Below are positions 1-9,918 of a DNA stretch of 42,064 bases, piece after piece. Each line of letters begins with the position of its first letter. The stretch's first letter is position 1. Position numbers and translations under genes: made by a program. The DNA is from Stramenopiles sp. TOSAG23-2 (Eukaryota), in the NCBI GenBank assembly GCA_900128395.1, contig LT649300.1, forward strand, positions 1 through 42,064. The letters run 5' to 3'. The notes under the pieces were generated by a model. It was not told the DNA's origin and did no database searches. It worked only from the letters and a program-made list of their open reading frames with translations.

Positions 1-50
1 TCAGATTCGCCAACTTGTATCAACATGTTGCCCCCAATTCCATCACCTTT
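1..50 (-). other. Inverted duplicate of 367-416 (probable chimera or assembly artefact)
   Basis: Bases 1-50 are the exact reverse complement of 367-416. The peptide MLPPIPSP appears in both the + ORF at 25 and the - ORF 261..545. Confidence 0.85.
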
Positions 51-3000
51 AGATGGTGACTCATCTGGATCTGCGTTGAACATAAAAGGGCAATATTCAA
101 GTGGTGCGAAGGGTGGTGATCTTATCCTTGAAGGCGGAACCGGGGGTGTACTAGAAGGTGGGGATGTCATGATTACGGCAGGGGAAGGCCAAACGAATGG
201 AGGTGATATTGTTTTTAAGAGTGGGGACGGTAGTGACAACAACGGAGGGACATTTACTATTCATAGTGGAACAGGTATAAGTGGCAATGGGGGCTTCGTT
301 GAATTACAGGCTGGAGCTGGTGAAGGCAGTGCTGGTACCGGAGGTGATTTGACAATTAGATCTGGAAAAGGTGATGGAATTGGGGGCAACATGTTGATAC
401 AAGTTGGCGAATCTGAAGGCGGCGCTGGCGCTTTATTGGAAATTAAAGGCAGTAAAGGATCTACAGATGGCGGATACGTGCAATTTAGTACCGGTGATTG
501 GGGCGATAGTAGCGAACCTGGAAAGTTTAAATTTATTGATGGCAAAAACGATTTTATTATGTCTGAATTTTATCGACAAAAAATTACGGACAAGATCGAT
601 GAGACCCGTTTGAAATATAATTATGCAACACGTTATTTATTAAAATCAAATGAGAAAAAATCTTTCTCGATAGGTGATCATGGAGAATTAGCAAGTGGTA
701 GCAGCCTTGCTACTTATTTAACATTTGATACGGATACGATCAATGTGGAAGATAGTAGAAAAGTCATTTTAGGAGATAGTTTAGAATCCGGTGGGAATGG
801 TTTGGTCGACATTTTAGATATTAACATGCATATTTTAGATGCTCGAAGCCAAATTACAACAATTGAAATGAAACACGATCAAAATGTTGCTTTCAAATTT
901 GTAGATACAGTATTTGAAAGTTTAAATGTAGATAACACCATGGCCCGAGGCAAAAGGGAAGGGGATGAAACATATATGTCTTTCAAAACAAATTATGCAA
1001 ATTTTGCACCCAGTGGAATCAATGTGGATAAATTTCTCAGATTTTCTCATTTTGGTTTTCAAACCAAACCGAAAGTCATAGATGCATTTGGTGTTGGATA
1101 TGGGTATGCTACGATTAGCAATAGAAATGAACGTTGTTATGGCGATTTTGAGGATACAACATATTATATATCTCAATCTGCTGCCGAGAACGCTTGTAAT
1201 TTAGATGAATATTGCGAAGGGTATTCATATTGGATATACAAATCTACTGACTCTTCATGTGGTAGCGAAAATACAATAGTAAGTGATCATACAAATAATT
1301 GTAAAGATGCGGTAAAAATGTTCCACAGTGGGGCAAACTCGGAACTTAGTTGTCATACAGGTAATTGTGGGAATAAGTGTAGAAAAAGTTGCACCGAAGA
1401 ATCCGGAGGATATTGTTATCAAAACTTTCTCAATAATGGGCAGTGCCCAAGCGGTTATAACCCTTATAGCTACCATAATGCACCTTGTGGATGTACTTGT
1501 CATGGTAGCGATAAATGTTCCTACATACGTTCAAAAGTCAATAATGATAATTGGGGGGATTACTATTCCACTAGAATTATATCTATTAATAATCATCACA
1601 ATAAATTTCGAATAGAGACTCCCCAATACATGTGTGGACGCTGGGTTATTGGTTATACAAGAACGTCTGGTTGTACAACTGGGGATCAAAAAGCATACAT
1701 CTCAAAAGGATTATCGCCAAGAATTCCATATGGTACCAATATTGTTAACTTGAAAACATTCAATAGTCATCGTACAGTTACGTTGCCTCTTGTTCAAAAT
1801 GAAATCGATGTCGGTGCGAGTATTACTATACATGTTCAAAGAGATTCACACACCAATCACGTTTTAATATATCCGGGACAAACGCATTCAATCAATGGCG
1901 GCAATTTAAACGAGCCGTTAATAATTACTAATGATGTTGCTGTAACACACTGTACATTTAATAGCGATAATTTGTGGGTTTGTAACAAAGAAGGTTATGA
2001 TGGTGGTTTAAGGACAACGGTTGTTTCTACAGACGTGAATCAACCTGTAAATGATGGTTTGCATTTGCGCCATGAAATGCAAACGGCAAACGTACCTAAT
2101 GATTTTGGAGTAGGTATTGCGTTTGATTTAGAAGACAATAGCGATAATGTGAAAAAACAAGGATCCATTTTCGTTTCATTAGCAGATTCAACTCCAAATG
2201 GGGAAAACAGTGAAATGACTTTTCAAACTAGAACCACACGTAACGGTGAAGTTGCATCTGGCCTAACCGATGCAATGCGTTTATCTTCGACAAAGATTTA
2301 TGTTCCAGAACTAGTAGTTGATGTGATATCAAACGTAGATAACACTAAAACATGTATCACGCCAGATCATCCACATTGCAAGACTCCGGGTACAATGACG
2401 GTGCCTTTTTACTGCGAATATTTCCCCGTTGTTTACAACGAAGCTTGTACTGAAACAAGTGGTGGTAGACAACATTCTAAAAGTAATTGTGAAGGAGCCG
2501 CAGGAACATGGAATGAAGCGTATTGTGAAGGTGCAGTACACTTTACTTCGGAAACTGCTTGTTACATGAGTGGGGAATGGGATGACTCATCATCAACATG
2601 CTATATTAATGTCGATACGCCAATTGACGGTGGAAGGGATGTAGGAGAAACTGAATGTGAAGATGCTGGCTCTTACACGTGGCAACCCGATGCCTGTACA
2701 AATCCTTCGTATACAACGGAAACGGCATGTGAAACTCCTGGTACATGGACACATAGTAGTGTAGCTACACATCCCCAATGTGATTTTGGTGGAAAATGGA
2801 AATTCGATGCAAATTGCCATGTCGCCGAGCATTATGCTAATGCTGCAAGTACATTACTGCCAGATGCAGCTAACATTCCCGCTGTGACAGAAAAATGTTT
2901 TAAAGAAGGTGGGGAAGCTCACGGAAGTTGCACTGCTGCAATCTCAAATAACTGTCATGACGACCAGGGGGCAGCATTACTGGGTGGTAGAGAAACAAAT

Positions 3001-6000
3001 CAAGCCGCATGTATTGCCGCTGGAAAGAATTGGAATGACGAAGATGCAGCGTGTAGTGACACAACTTATACAACAGAGGATGCATGTGAAACACAGGGTA
3101 CTTGGACAGCTTCTAAAACACTGTGTGAAAATACAAAATGGGATAACACAAATTATTGCGTGTACAGACCTTCTGCTGCTGGTATAACTGGTACCGCTAC
3201 AAGTGTCGATGCGGCAAGATCAGCGTGTCAAACGACTGTTGCTGCTACGCCTTCAAATACCATTTTGCATTGTGTTGAATGCAACAAAGTGTTAGCGTCA
3301 TTTGCCCACCATAGTTTGAACACACCATTACAAGATTTTGGCTCTTCGATAGAAATATTATTAGAAGATGATAACAAAGTTGAAAACCTTGCATTTAATT
3401 TAAAAACTAGTATGAATGATGTAACTAATGGTGCCGTAGATTCAAAAATAATGTTTGATGGTCTTGCAGATAATTTGCCAACTACATTGATAACGATGGA
3501 AACGGCGAATGCGATAAGTGAGGAATGCACACCGCCAGCATCTGCGGGAGATGGTGATACAGCATGTGATGTCGTGGCAAACAAGGCAGCAGCCTATGGT
3601 GGTGATATTGCGAAAGCAAAAAGAGCATGTGTGACTACCATATCAAATAGCCCTTACGGGAATGCGAATTGCGTATATACAAAATATGTACCTAGCGGGA
3701 CAAGCATCGTATCCCATCACAAAACAAAAGTTGAAGGTAGATTTGATGTGGAGCATATACTAAACAATGGAAACGACCCGATTGCAAACTTCAAAGCCAA
3801 ATATAATCAAGGTATAGTGCCGAATGGGTATAGCGGTTCATTAAATGTGTTTTTAGATGATAATGAAAACAATGAGCGATTGGTATTTAAAATGAAAACT
3901 AGTTTCACCGACATGATTTATGATTCAACAGATGCTAAAACTGAATTTATAGGAATTGCTAATAATGCCCCAATTACATACTTCACTTTAAACTCTGATG
4001 AAAATAGTAAAATTCAGATAAAAGTTCACAAAGATTTAACTACAGAATTAGATTTACGATTGAAAGGTTCGTTGCAGATGGGGTTTGATGATGCTGGCAA
4101 CGAGGAAAGAGCAGCCTTTAATATACATTCAAACATCTCACCCCCTGCTGTTTGTAGCATCAGTGTCGGGGGGAGAGAAACGGATGAAACGTCTTGTATA
4201 GCAGCTGCTGGCATATGGGGCGGAGCATGTTCGGATAATTCATATACTGATCAACCAACTTGTGAAACAAACACGGAAGAGTGGACGCTACAATGTTCGG
4301 ATAATACATATACAACTGAAGAAGCATGCATTACTCAAGGTGTATGGTTGAATGCAAATTCAAACACATTTTTTCAAGGACTTGTAAATACGCAATTAAA
4401 AAACTTCTTAGAATTCAAAGCTTTGGAAAACGAACATACAATGTTACAATTAGATGCTGAAGAAATGAGCTTAAGTACGAAAGCTTTCCACATAGACACT
4501 TTGCTTAAATTGGATGCAAACGAAACGAACTTATATACAAAAGTTTTTGACATAGATGCTTTGCTTAAATTGGATACAAACGAAATGACTTTAGATACGA
4601 AAGTTGTTCATTTAAACTCGGTTCTCGAAACGCATTTTTACGGAGAACATAATTCCAATTTTTATTTTAAAAATTGTGTTTACACACCATATCGAGCGAG
4701 TGCTGTAGATACTTGTGCTGGTCCCAGTAATAGTGGTAGTTGTTTGATTGCTATTGGTGGAAGGGAAGTTGATCAAATGCAGTGTGAGGCAAGTGTTGGT
4801 ACGTGGAATGTTTGTACGGGCGCTGCTTGTTGCAGTGATGCATCTTCAACAAATAAAGCTACATGTGAAGATGTACCAGCGCAATGGACAGATATGATAT
4901 GTTCTGACGGAACATATACGACTCAAGCATCTTGTATTACTCAAGGAACATGGACTGGTACAGCATGCAGATTAACATCCGGTGGAAGAGAGATTTCTAA
5001 CGCTGCTTGCACTGCGACAGCTGGTGTATGGAGCGGCGGAGCCTGTAATAATGATGCTTATACCACGGAATCAGCTTGTATTACAACAGGATCGTGGAAT
5101 GTTGATACGGCTTGTGCTTCATCCGCAAATACTGTAGATGGTGGCGCAGCATCAATTGATGCAGCACGAGCAGCATGTGAAGCTACGTCTTCAAATAGTG
5201 GTGCCAACGATGGTCCATGTATTTATACACCTGCAGCTGTTGAAATTTTAGAAAGGTGTAGCACATATGAAAACATGGATGCATCCATGCCCGTGGACAC
5301 GAATTGTCATGTAAGCGATAATTATTTTCGTTCATTTGTTGCAATAAGCCAAGATTGTACAGATTACCAAGGTACTTCAGATACCGATTGTACTGCAGCT
5401 AATACTAATAAAACAACATGCGAAGAAGCAGTTGATAGCGTAAATGGATATCCATGTAAATATATTTCTGGTGTAGCGAGCATTTCTCCAACTGCTGTAT
5501 CAGAAACTGATGCTAAAATATCATGCGAAACTACTGCCTCCAACACGACAATATATATCACAGATGATGTTAATGTAATTGCAAAGTTTCATAACGAAAA
5601 TTCTTTCGAAATAAAAGAAGGTTTTGGTAGTGTTATGCAATTCTTTTTAAAGAATAATGAAAAGAAAAATGTACCGGCAATGCAAATTTCAACTTCTTTA
5701 ACCGATATTAGAAATGAATCAAATTCAAAATTTTCTATTTTGGGTCTTACAAATGGAACAGCAACAGACTTCATATCCATGGAGTCAAACAAAATCGGAC
5801 AAAGAGTGATGTATGTCAATGGCAATATGAGTGTTCATGGCCCTTTGAGGCCAATGTCGTTGTTAGTTTATTCGACAACATTCGTTCCAGGGGCTGACAA
5901 TGTTGAATTGAATACGAATGATTTTACATACTTTATCATAGGGGCGCATTCAGGACCTGTTCACGTGTCATTGTCTGGGGGGTTAGATGGACAAGTTATT

Positions 6001-9000
6001 TATGTAAAAAATGCAGGGCTTGCTCCAACTTCTGGCAAAGTAATCGGCATGAATTCCATCATTCAATACGTACACTCTAACAACGAATGGGTTAATGTTA
6101 CTGCAAGCGTCAGCGCAGTTTCAATGGATGAAGTCCACGAAAAGAACCCCGATAGTGGAGTTACGGTAGATGGAGTTTTAATGAAAGATGGAAGCGTGCT
6201 TTTGAAATTAAAGAGTCATAAATATGTATATCATGGAGCTGATGATCACGATGGACATATGATCTTTAAATTTCTTGACGAAGAAAACAAAACATCCAAC
6301 GTTTCACAAGTTTCGCCTATGTCAATATTCAACGTCGCAGGCAATTGCAATGTCAACATTGCCAGTAGTAAATGTGAAAGAGTTGAAGGGAAAAATTGGA
6401 AAGAATGTATAAATTTAAATACATCTGAAATAAGCTATTTCATGTCTTGGATAAAAGACGGAGAAGCAATAATACGCAATGAATTGAACGAAGATGTACA
6501 TTCATGTACTTGTCAAAGTACATGTAATAAATTGGTTGGGGAATGGCAATGTGATAATTTATTTCCTGTTTGTAGTAGCTTACACTATACAACTGAAACT
6601 GCATGTGTCACACAAGGTACGTGGGATGGTTCATGTGATATTAGTTCTGGTGGTCGAGAGATTGATGAAGCGAAGTGTATTGCAGCAGTTGGTATATGGG
6701 GGGATTGTAGTCTTGGGGCATGTTGTACAGATGGTTCATCAACCTCTGAGGTAGATTGCAACACCGCATCTGCTACATGGAACGAAAATATATGTTCCAA
6801 TTCTGATTATACAACTGAAACAGCTTGCATAACTCAAGGAGTTTGGTCCGGTAGTTGTGACATATCTGAGGGTGGTCGAGAGATTGATGAAGCGAATTGT
6901 ATTGCATCTGCTTCAACGTGGAATGCGCAGAGTACCTTTAAAATTACATCAAACAATTTTACAATTGTACCAAACGCTTTCTGTGACAATAGCAATTACT
7001 TTACCAAAACAGCATGTGAAGATGCGACATTTGACTGGAAGGATAGACCAAATGGCTGGGCTTCATTTGTTACTAATGAGAAACTTAAACATTGTTTCGA
7101 TGAAAATGATATCACTGATTTAAATGGTGTTCTGTTTGAAACATATTCCCATACTGAGAATACATATGAAACTTCTGCCAAGTTGACGTCATCAGAATTA
7201 GTATTACCAGGGGATATGTTTTTTACTGGGGATGACGCAAAATTAATTCACACTGGTCCAAACAACTTGTTGATTGAGACGGTAGATGGCACTCATGTTA
7301 CGATCGAAGCGGTGAATTTTAATTCGAAATCTATAAGCAATCTTAATGATCTTAAATTCTCCAATTTTATAGGTTGCAACAATCCTGCTTATACTACTTC
7401 CTCAACATGTACAGGAGCCGGGTCAACTTGGGGCACAATTGATGGTATAATAGGGACAGAAAATAAACCAAATGCAATTTCATTTAGTAGCGATGGTATT
7501 ATTACATTTGCAAATAATCTTAAAATTCCGGATAATGGAACAATTGGATCTATAAGTGCACCAAATGCATATACAATTGATAATACTGGTAAATCAACCT
7601 TATTAATTGATAATGGTGTAAATAATGACATAACTACTGTACTTGAGATAGTTCATTCAACAAGTGGTACAGCATCAAACGGAATTGGAAGTAGTATATC
7701 ATTTTTACTAGATAATGGTGGATCGTGTCAAAATTCTGCTTATGCAACAGAAACCGCATGTGAGACACTAGGTACGTGGGAAAATAATGGACCATGCGAT
7801 ATATCTGAGGGTGGTCGAGAGATTAATGAAGCGAAGTGTATTGCAGCAGTTGGTATATGGGGGGATTGTAGTTCTGGGGCATGTTGTACAGATGGTTCAT
7901 CAACCTCTGAGGTAGATTGCAACACCGCATCTGCTACATGGAACGAAAATATATGTTCCAATTCTGATTATACAACTGAAACAGCTTGCATAACTCAAGG
8001 AGTTTGGTCCGGTAGTTGTGACATATCTGAGGGTGGTCGAGGGGTTGGCGAAACGGAATGTCAAGCCTCTGCTTCTACATGGATTACAGCACCAGTTGAA
8101 TTTGGAAGTGTAAGCGTTCAATCAACCAATGTAACATCAGGTACAGAAGCAAGTAAAATGATATTTAATACCTATACAAATGGTATATCATCTATTGGTT
8201 TAGAAATTACATCAACTGATATCAAAGCAAGTGGAAATATAATCATTGGTGATAATGAAAATACTATTGGATCTATAAGTGCACCAAATGCATATACAAT
8301 TGATAATACTGGTAAATCAACATTATTAATTGATAATGGCGTAAATAATGACATAACTACTGTACTTGAGATAGTTCATTCAACAAGTGGTACAGCATCA
8401 AATGGAATTGGAAGTAGTATATCATTTTTACTAGATAATGATAATGACGCCATAACGGAGTTTGGAAGTGTAAGCGTTCAATCAACCAATGTAACATCAG
8501 GTACAGAAGCAAGTAAAATGATATTTAATACCTATACAAATGGTATATCATCTATTGGTTTAGAAATTACGTCTGCAAATGTTGCAACAAACGCAAATTT
8601 TAAAATTTCATCGCATGATAATGGTGCCAATGGATTGTATTTAGGCACTGTTGCAGTAATAGCATTAGCATCAGAATTAAATTATTTAAGTGGTATTACA
8701 TTGGGTACATCAGAACCAAGTAAAGTCGTTACAGCAGATTCAAATGGTTTAGTAACATTAACAAAGGGTGCTGTTGTCGGTGCAAATGGTAATTTTGAAA
8801 TTTCATCGCATGATAATGGTGCCAATGGATTGTATTTAGGCACTGTTGCAGTAACAGCATTAGCATCAGAATTAAATTATTTAAGTGGTATTACATTGGG
8901 TACATCAGAACCAAGTAAAGTCGTTACAGCAGATTCAAATGGTTTAGTAACATTAACAAAGGGTGCTGTTGTCGGTGCAAATGGTAATTTTGAAATTTCA

Positions 9001-9918
9001 TCGCATGATAATGGTGCCAATGGATTGTATTTAGGCACTGTTGCAGTAACAGCATTAGCATCAGAATTAAATTATTTAAGTGGTATTACATTGGGTACAT
9101 CAGAACCAAGTAAAGTCGTTACAGCAGATGCGAATGGTGAGATGAAGCTGAATGGATTTGTAAAACTTCAAAAGAAAATTGGGTTAGCTAACACAGCTTT
9201 GACTGGCAGTACTCAAGAAATTGACCCCAATGTTGCTGATAGCACTGCACATTATACTCTGGATGGAAACGATGATTCTGTACCAATAAAAAAAGGTGCT
9301 TATCTTGGACAAATGATTTTTATTACCAACGTTGGTACTCATACAGCCTCAGTTAATATTGAGATCTCTGGAGAATATCTCCCGCGAATTACCAACATAG
9401 CTTATTTATCAACTGCTATTTTTATTTATACTGTTGGCCATGATGATGTAGAGGCGGGTAGTTCAAATATAGCAGATAAACATATGTGGAGCAGAATAGA
9501 TGCTGAGTCTAATATCACTTTGAATAATGGACGACGTCGTCTGCTGCAGATGACTACTGACGATGATGATGACGATAATATTGAAAAAATTGAAAACATA
9601 GGAAATAATAGCCATCATCGAAGGCATTTGTTATCAACAAGTACGTCATATTTAAAGGAGAAAAATACAAAAGAAACTTTATTGAAACAAATCAATGAAT
9701 TAAACGATTCCAACACGGATTTAAACAACAAATTAAAATTAATGGAAGAGGCAAGTCGAACAATGCGTTTTAATATTACGTTAGGCTTTTTATTTTTAAG
9801 TTTGTGTTTGATTGTATTAAATTATTATAACAATAAAAGGAACAAAGAATTGATTGAAAGAATGGATGCCGCAGGTTTATTAATATCCCCGCCGCGGATA
9901 GATGGTTTTAAAAATTGA
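25..9918 (+). CDS. Giant (>3,280 aa, 5'-incomplete) Cys-rich type I membrane/surface protein with Gly-rich repeats and phage tail-fibre-like modules
   Basis: Uninterrupted 9.9-kb ORF. Gly-rich GGxxxxxxGxG repeats (~52-520). Ten GGR(E/D/Q/G)-x-C...W Cys modules. Seven copies of a scaffold domain. 195-bp tandem repeat at 8596-9129. RRRLL and HRRHLL motifs, coiled coil (~9650-9765), one TM helix (ITLGFLFLSLCLIVL, ~9775-9820) and a short tail. The ATG at 25 lies within the inverted chimeric segment, so the true start is missing. Confidence 0.9.
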   Translation: MLPPIPSPLDGDSSGSALNIKGQYSSGAKGGDLILEGGTGGVLEGGDVMITAGEGQTNGGDIVFKSGDGSDNNGGTFTIHSGTGISGNGGFVELQAGAGEGSAGTGGDLTIRSGKGDGIGGNMLIQVGESEGGAGALLEIKGSKGSTDGGYVQFSTGDWGDSSEPGKFKFIDGKNDFIMSEFYRQKITDKIDETRLKYNYATRYLLKSNEKKSFSIGDHGELASGSSLATYLTFDTDTINVEDSRKVILGDSLESGGNGLVDILDINMHILDARSQITTIEMKHDQNVAFKFVDTVFESLNVDNTMARGKREGDETYMSFKTNYANFAPSGINVDKFLRFSHFGFQTKPKVIDAFGVGYGYATISNRNERCYGDFEDTTYYISQSAAENACNLDEYCEGYSYWIYKSTDSSCGSENTIVSDHTNNCKDAVKMFHSGANSELSCHTGNCGNKCRKSCTEESGGYCYQNFLNNGQCPSGYNPYSYHNAPCGCTCHGSDKCSYIRSKVNNDNWGDYYSTRIISINNHHNKFRIETPQYMCGRWVIGYTRTSGCTTGDQKAYISKGLSPRIPYGTNIVNLKTFNSHRTVTLPLVQNEIDVGASITIHVQRDSHTNHVLIYPGQTHSINGGNLNEPLIITNDVAVTHCTFNSDNLWVCNKEGYDGGLRTTVVSTDVNQPVNDGLHLRHEMQTANVPNDFGVGIAFDLEDNSDNVKKQGSIFVSLADSTPNGENSEMTFQTRTTRNGEVASGLTDAMRLSSTKIYVPELVVDVISNVDNTKTCITPDHPHCKTPGTMTVPFYCEYFPVVYNEACTETSGGRQHSKSNCEGAAGTWNEAYCEGAVHFTSETACYMSGEWDDSSSTCYINVDTPIDGGRDVGETECEDAGSYTWQPDACTNPSYTTETACETPGTWTHSSVATHPQCDFGGKWKFDANCHVAEHYANAASTLLPDAANIPAVTEKCFKEGGEAHGSCTAAISNNCHDDQGAALLGGRETNQAACIAAGKNWNDEDAACSDTTYTTEDACETQGTWTASKTLCENTKWDNTNYCVYRPSAAGITGTATSVDAARSACQTTVAATPSNTILHCVECNKVLASFAHHSLNTPLQDFGSSIEILLEDDNKVENLAFNLKTSMNDVTNGAVDSKIMFDGLADNLPTTLITMETANAISEECTPPASAGDGDTACDVVANKAAAYGGDIAKAKRACVTTISNSPYGNANCVYTKYVPSGTSIVSHHKTKVEGRFDVEHILNNGNDPIANFKAKYNQGIVPNGYSGSLNVFLDDNENNERLVFKMKTSFTDMIYDSTDAKTEFIGIANNAPITYFTLNSDENSKIQIKVHKDLTTELDLRLKGSLQMGFDDAGNEERAAFNIHSNISPPAVCSISVGGRETDETSCIAAAGIWGGACSDNSYTDQPTCETNTEEWTLQCSDNTYTTEEACITQGVWLNANSNTFFQGLVNTQLKNFLEFKALENEHTMLQLDAEEMSLSTKAFHIDTLLKLDANETNLYTKVFDIDALLKLDTNEMTLDTKVVHLNSVLETHFYGEHNSNFYFKNCVYTPYRASAVDTCAGPSNSGSCLIAIGGREVDQMQCEASVGTWNVCTGAACCSDASSTNKATCEDVPAQWTDMICSDGTYTTQASCITQGTWTGTACRLTSGGREISNAACTATAGVWSGGACNNDAYTTESACITTGSWNVDTACASSANTVDGGAASIDAARAACEATSSNSGANDGPCIYTPAAVEILERCSTYENMDASMPVDTNCHVSDNYFRSFVAISQDCTDYQGTSDTDCTAANTNKTTCEEAVDSVNGYPCKYISGVASISPTAVSETDAKISCETTASNTTIYITDDVNVIAKFHNENSFEIKEGFGSVMQFFLKNNEKKNVPAMQISTSLTDIRNESNSKFSILGLTNGTATDFISMESNKIGQRVMYVNGNMSVHGPLRPMSLLVYSTTFVPGADNVELNTNDFTYFIIGAHSGPVHVSLSGGLDGQVIYVKNAGLAPTSGKVIGMNSIIQYVHSNNEWVNVTASVSAVSMDEVHEKNPDSGVTVDGVLMKDGSVLLKLKSHKYVYHGADDHDGHMIFKFLDEENKTSNVSQVSPMSIFNVAGNCNVNIASSKCERVEGKNWKECINLNTSEISYFMSWIKDGEAIIRNELNEDVHSCTCQSTCNKLVGEWQCDNLFPVCSSLHYTTETACVTQGTWDGSCDISSGGREIDEAKCIAAVGIWGDCSLGACCTDGSSTSEVDCNTASATWNENICSNSDYTTETACITQGVWSGSCDISEGGREIDEANCIASASTWNAQSTFKITSNNFTIVPNAFCDNSNYFTKTACEDATFDWKDRPNGWASFVTNEKLKHCFDENDITDLNGVLFETYSHTENTYETSAKLTSSELVLPGDMFFTGDDAKLIHTGPNNLLIETVDGTHVTIEAVNFNSKSISNLNDLKFSNFIGCNNPAYTTSSTCTGAGSTWGTIDGIIGTENKPNAISFSSDGIITFANNLKIPDNGTIGSISAPNAYTIDNTGKSTLLIDNGVNNDITTVLEIVHSTSGTASNGIGSSISFLLDNGGSCQNSAYATETACETLGTWENNGPCDISEGGREINEAKCIAAVGIWGDCSSGACCTDGSSTSEVDCNTASATWNENICSNSDYTTETACITQGVWSGSCDISEGGRGVGETECQASASTWITAPVEFGSVSVQSTNVTSGTEASKMIFNTYTNGISSIGLEITSTDIKASGNIIIGDNENTIGSISAPNAYTIDNTGKSTLLIDNGVNNDITTVLEIVHSTSGTASNGIGSSISFLLDNDNDAITEFGSVSVQSTNVTSGTEASKMIFNTYTNGISSIGLEITSANVATNANFKISSHDNGANGLYLGTVAVIALASELNYLSGITLGTSEPSKVVTADSNGLVTLTKGAVVGANGNFEISSHDNGANGLYLGTVAVTALASELNYLSGITLGTSEPSKVVTADSNGLVTLTKGAVVGANGNFEISSHDNGANGLYLGTVAVTALASELNYLSGITLGTSEPSKVVTADANGEMKLNGFVKLQKKIGLANTALTGSTQEIDPNVADSTAHYTLDGNDDSVPIKKGAYLGQMIFITNVGTHTASVNIEISGEYLPRITNIAYLSTAIFIYTVGHDDVEAGSSNIADKHMWSRIDAESNITLNNGRRRLLQMTTDDDDDDNIEKIENIGNNSHHRRHLLSTSTSYLKEKNTKETLLKQINELNDSNTDLNNKLKLMEEASRTMRFNITLGFLFLSLCLIVLNYYNNKRNKELIERMDAAGLLISPPRIDGFKN
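4444..4623 (+). repeat. 60-bp (20-aa) coding tandem repeat x3
   Basis: LQLDAEEMSLSTKAFHIDTL / LKLDANETNLYTKVFDIDAL / LKLDTNEMTLDTKVVHLNSV. Confidence 0.85.
6649..8041 (+). repeat. Near-identical internal duplication, 6649-6880 = 7810-8041 (Cys module)
   Basis: About 232 bp at offset 1161 with only a few substitutions (attgat/attaat, agtctt/agttct). Confidence 0.9.
7543..8569 (+). repeat. Near-identical internal duplications, 7543-7717 = 8266-8440 and 8101-8209 = 8461-8569 (scaffold domain)
   Basis: Direct sequence comparison; offsets are 723 and 360. Confidence 0.9.
8596..9129 (+). repeat. 195-bp (65-aa) coding tandem repeat, ~2.7 copies
   Basis: tcgcatgataatggtgccaat recurs at 8611, 8806 and 9001. 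Unit: ISSHDNGANGLYLGTVAVTALASELNYLSGITLGTSEPSKVVTADSNG... Confidence 0.95.

Noticed and set aside
25-9918. Endogenous giant virus, Polinton or prophage region
   Set aside because: No capsid, packaging ATPase, polymerase or integrase in the window, and downstream genes are ordinary nuclear genes. Sequence left of the window is unknown.
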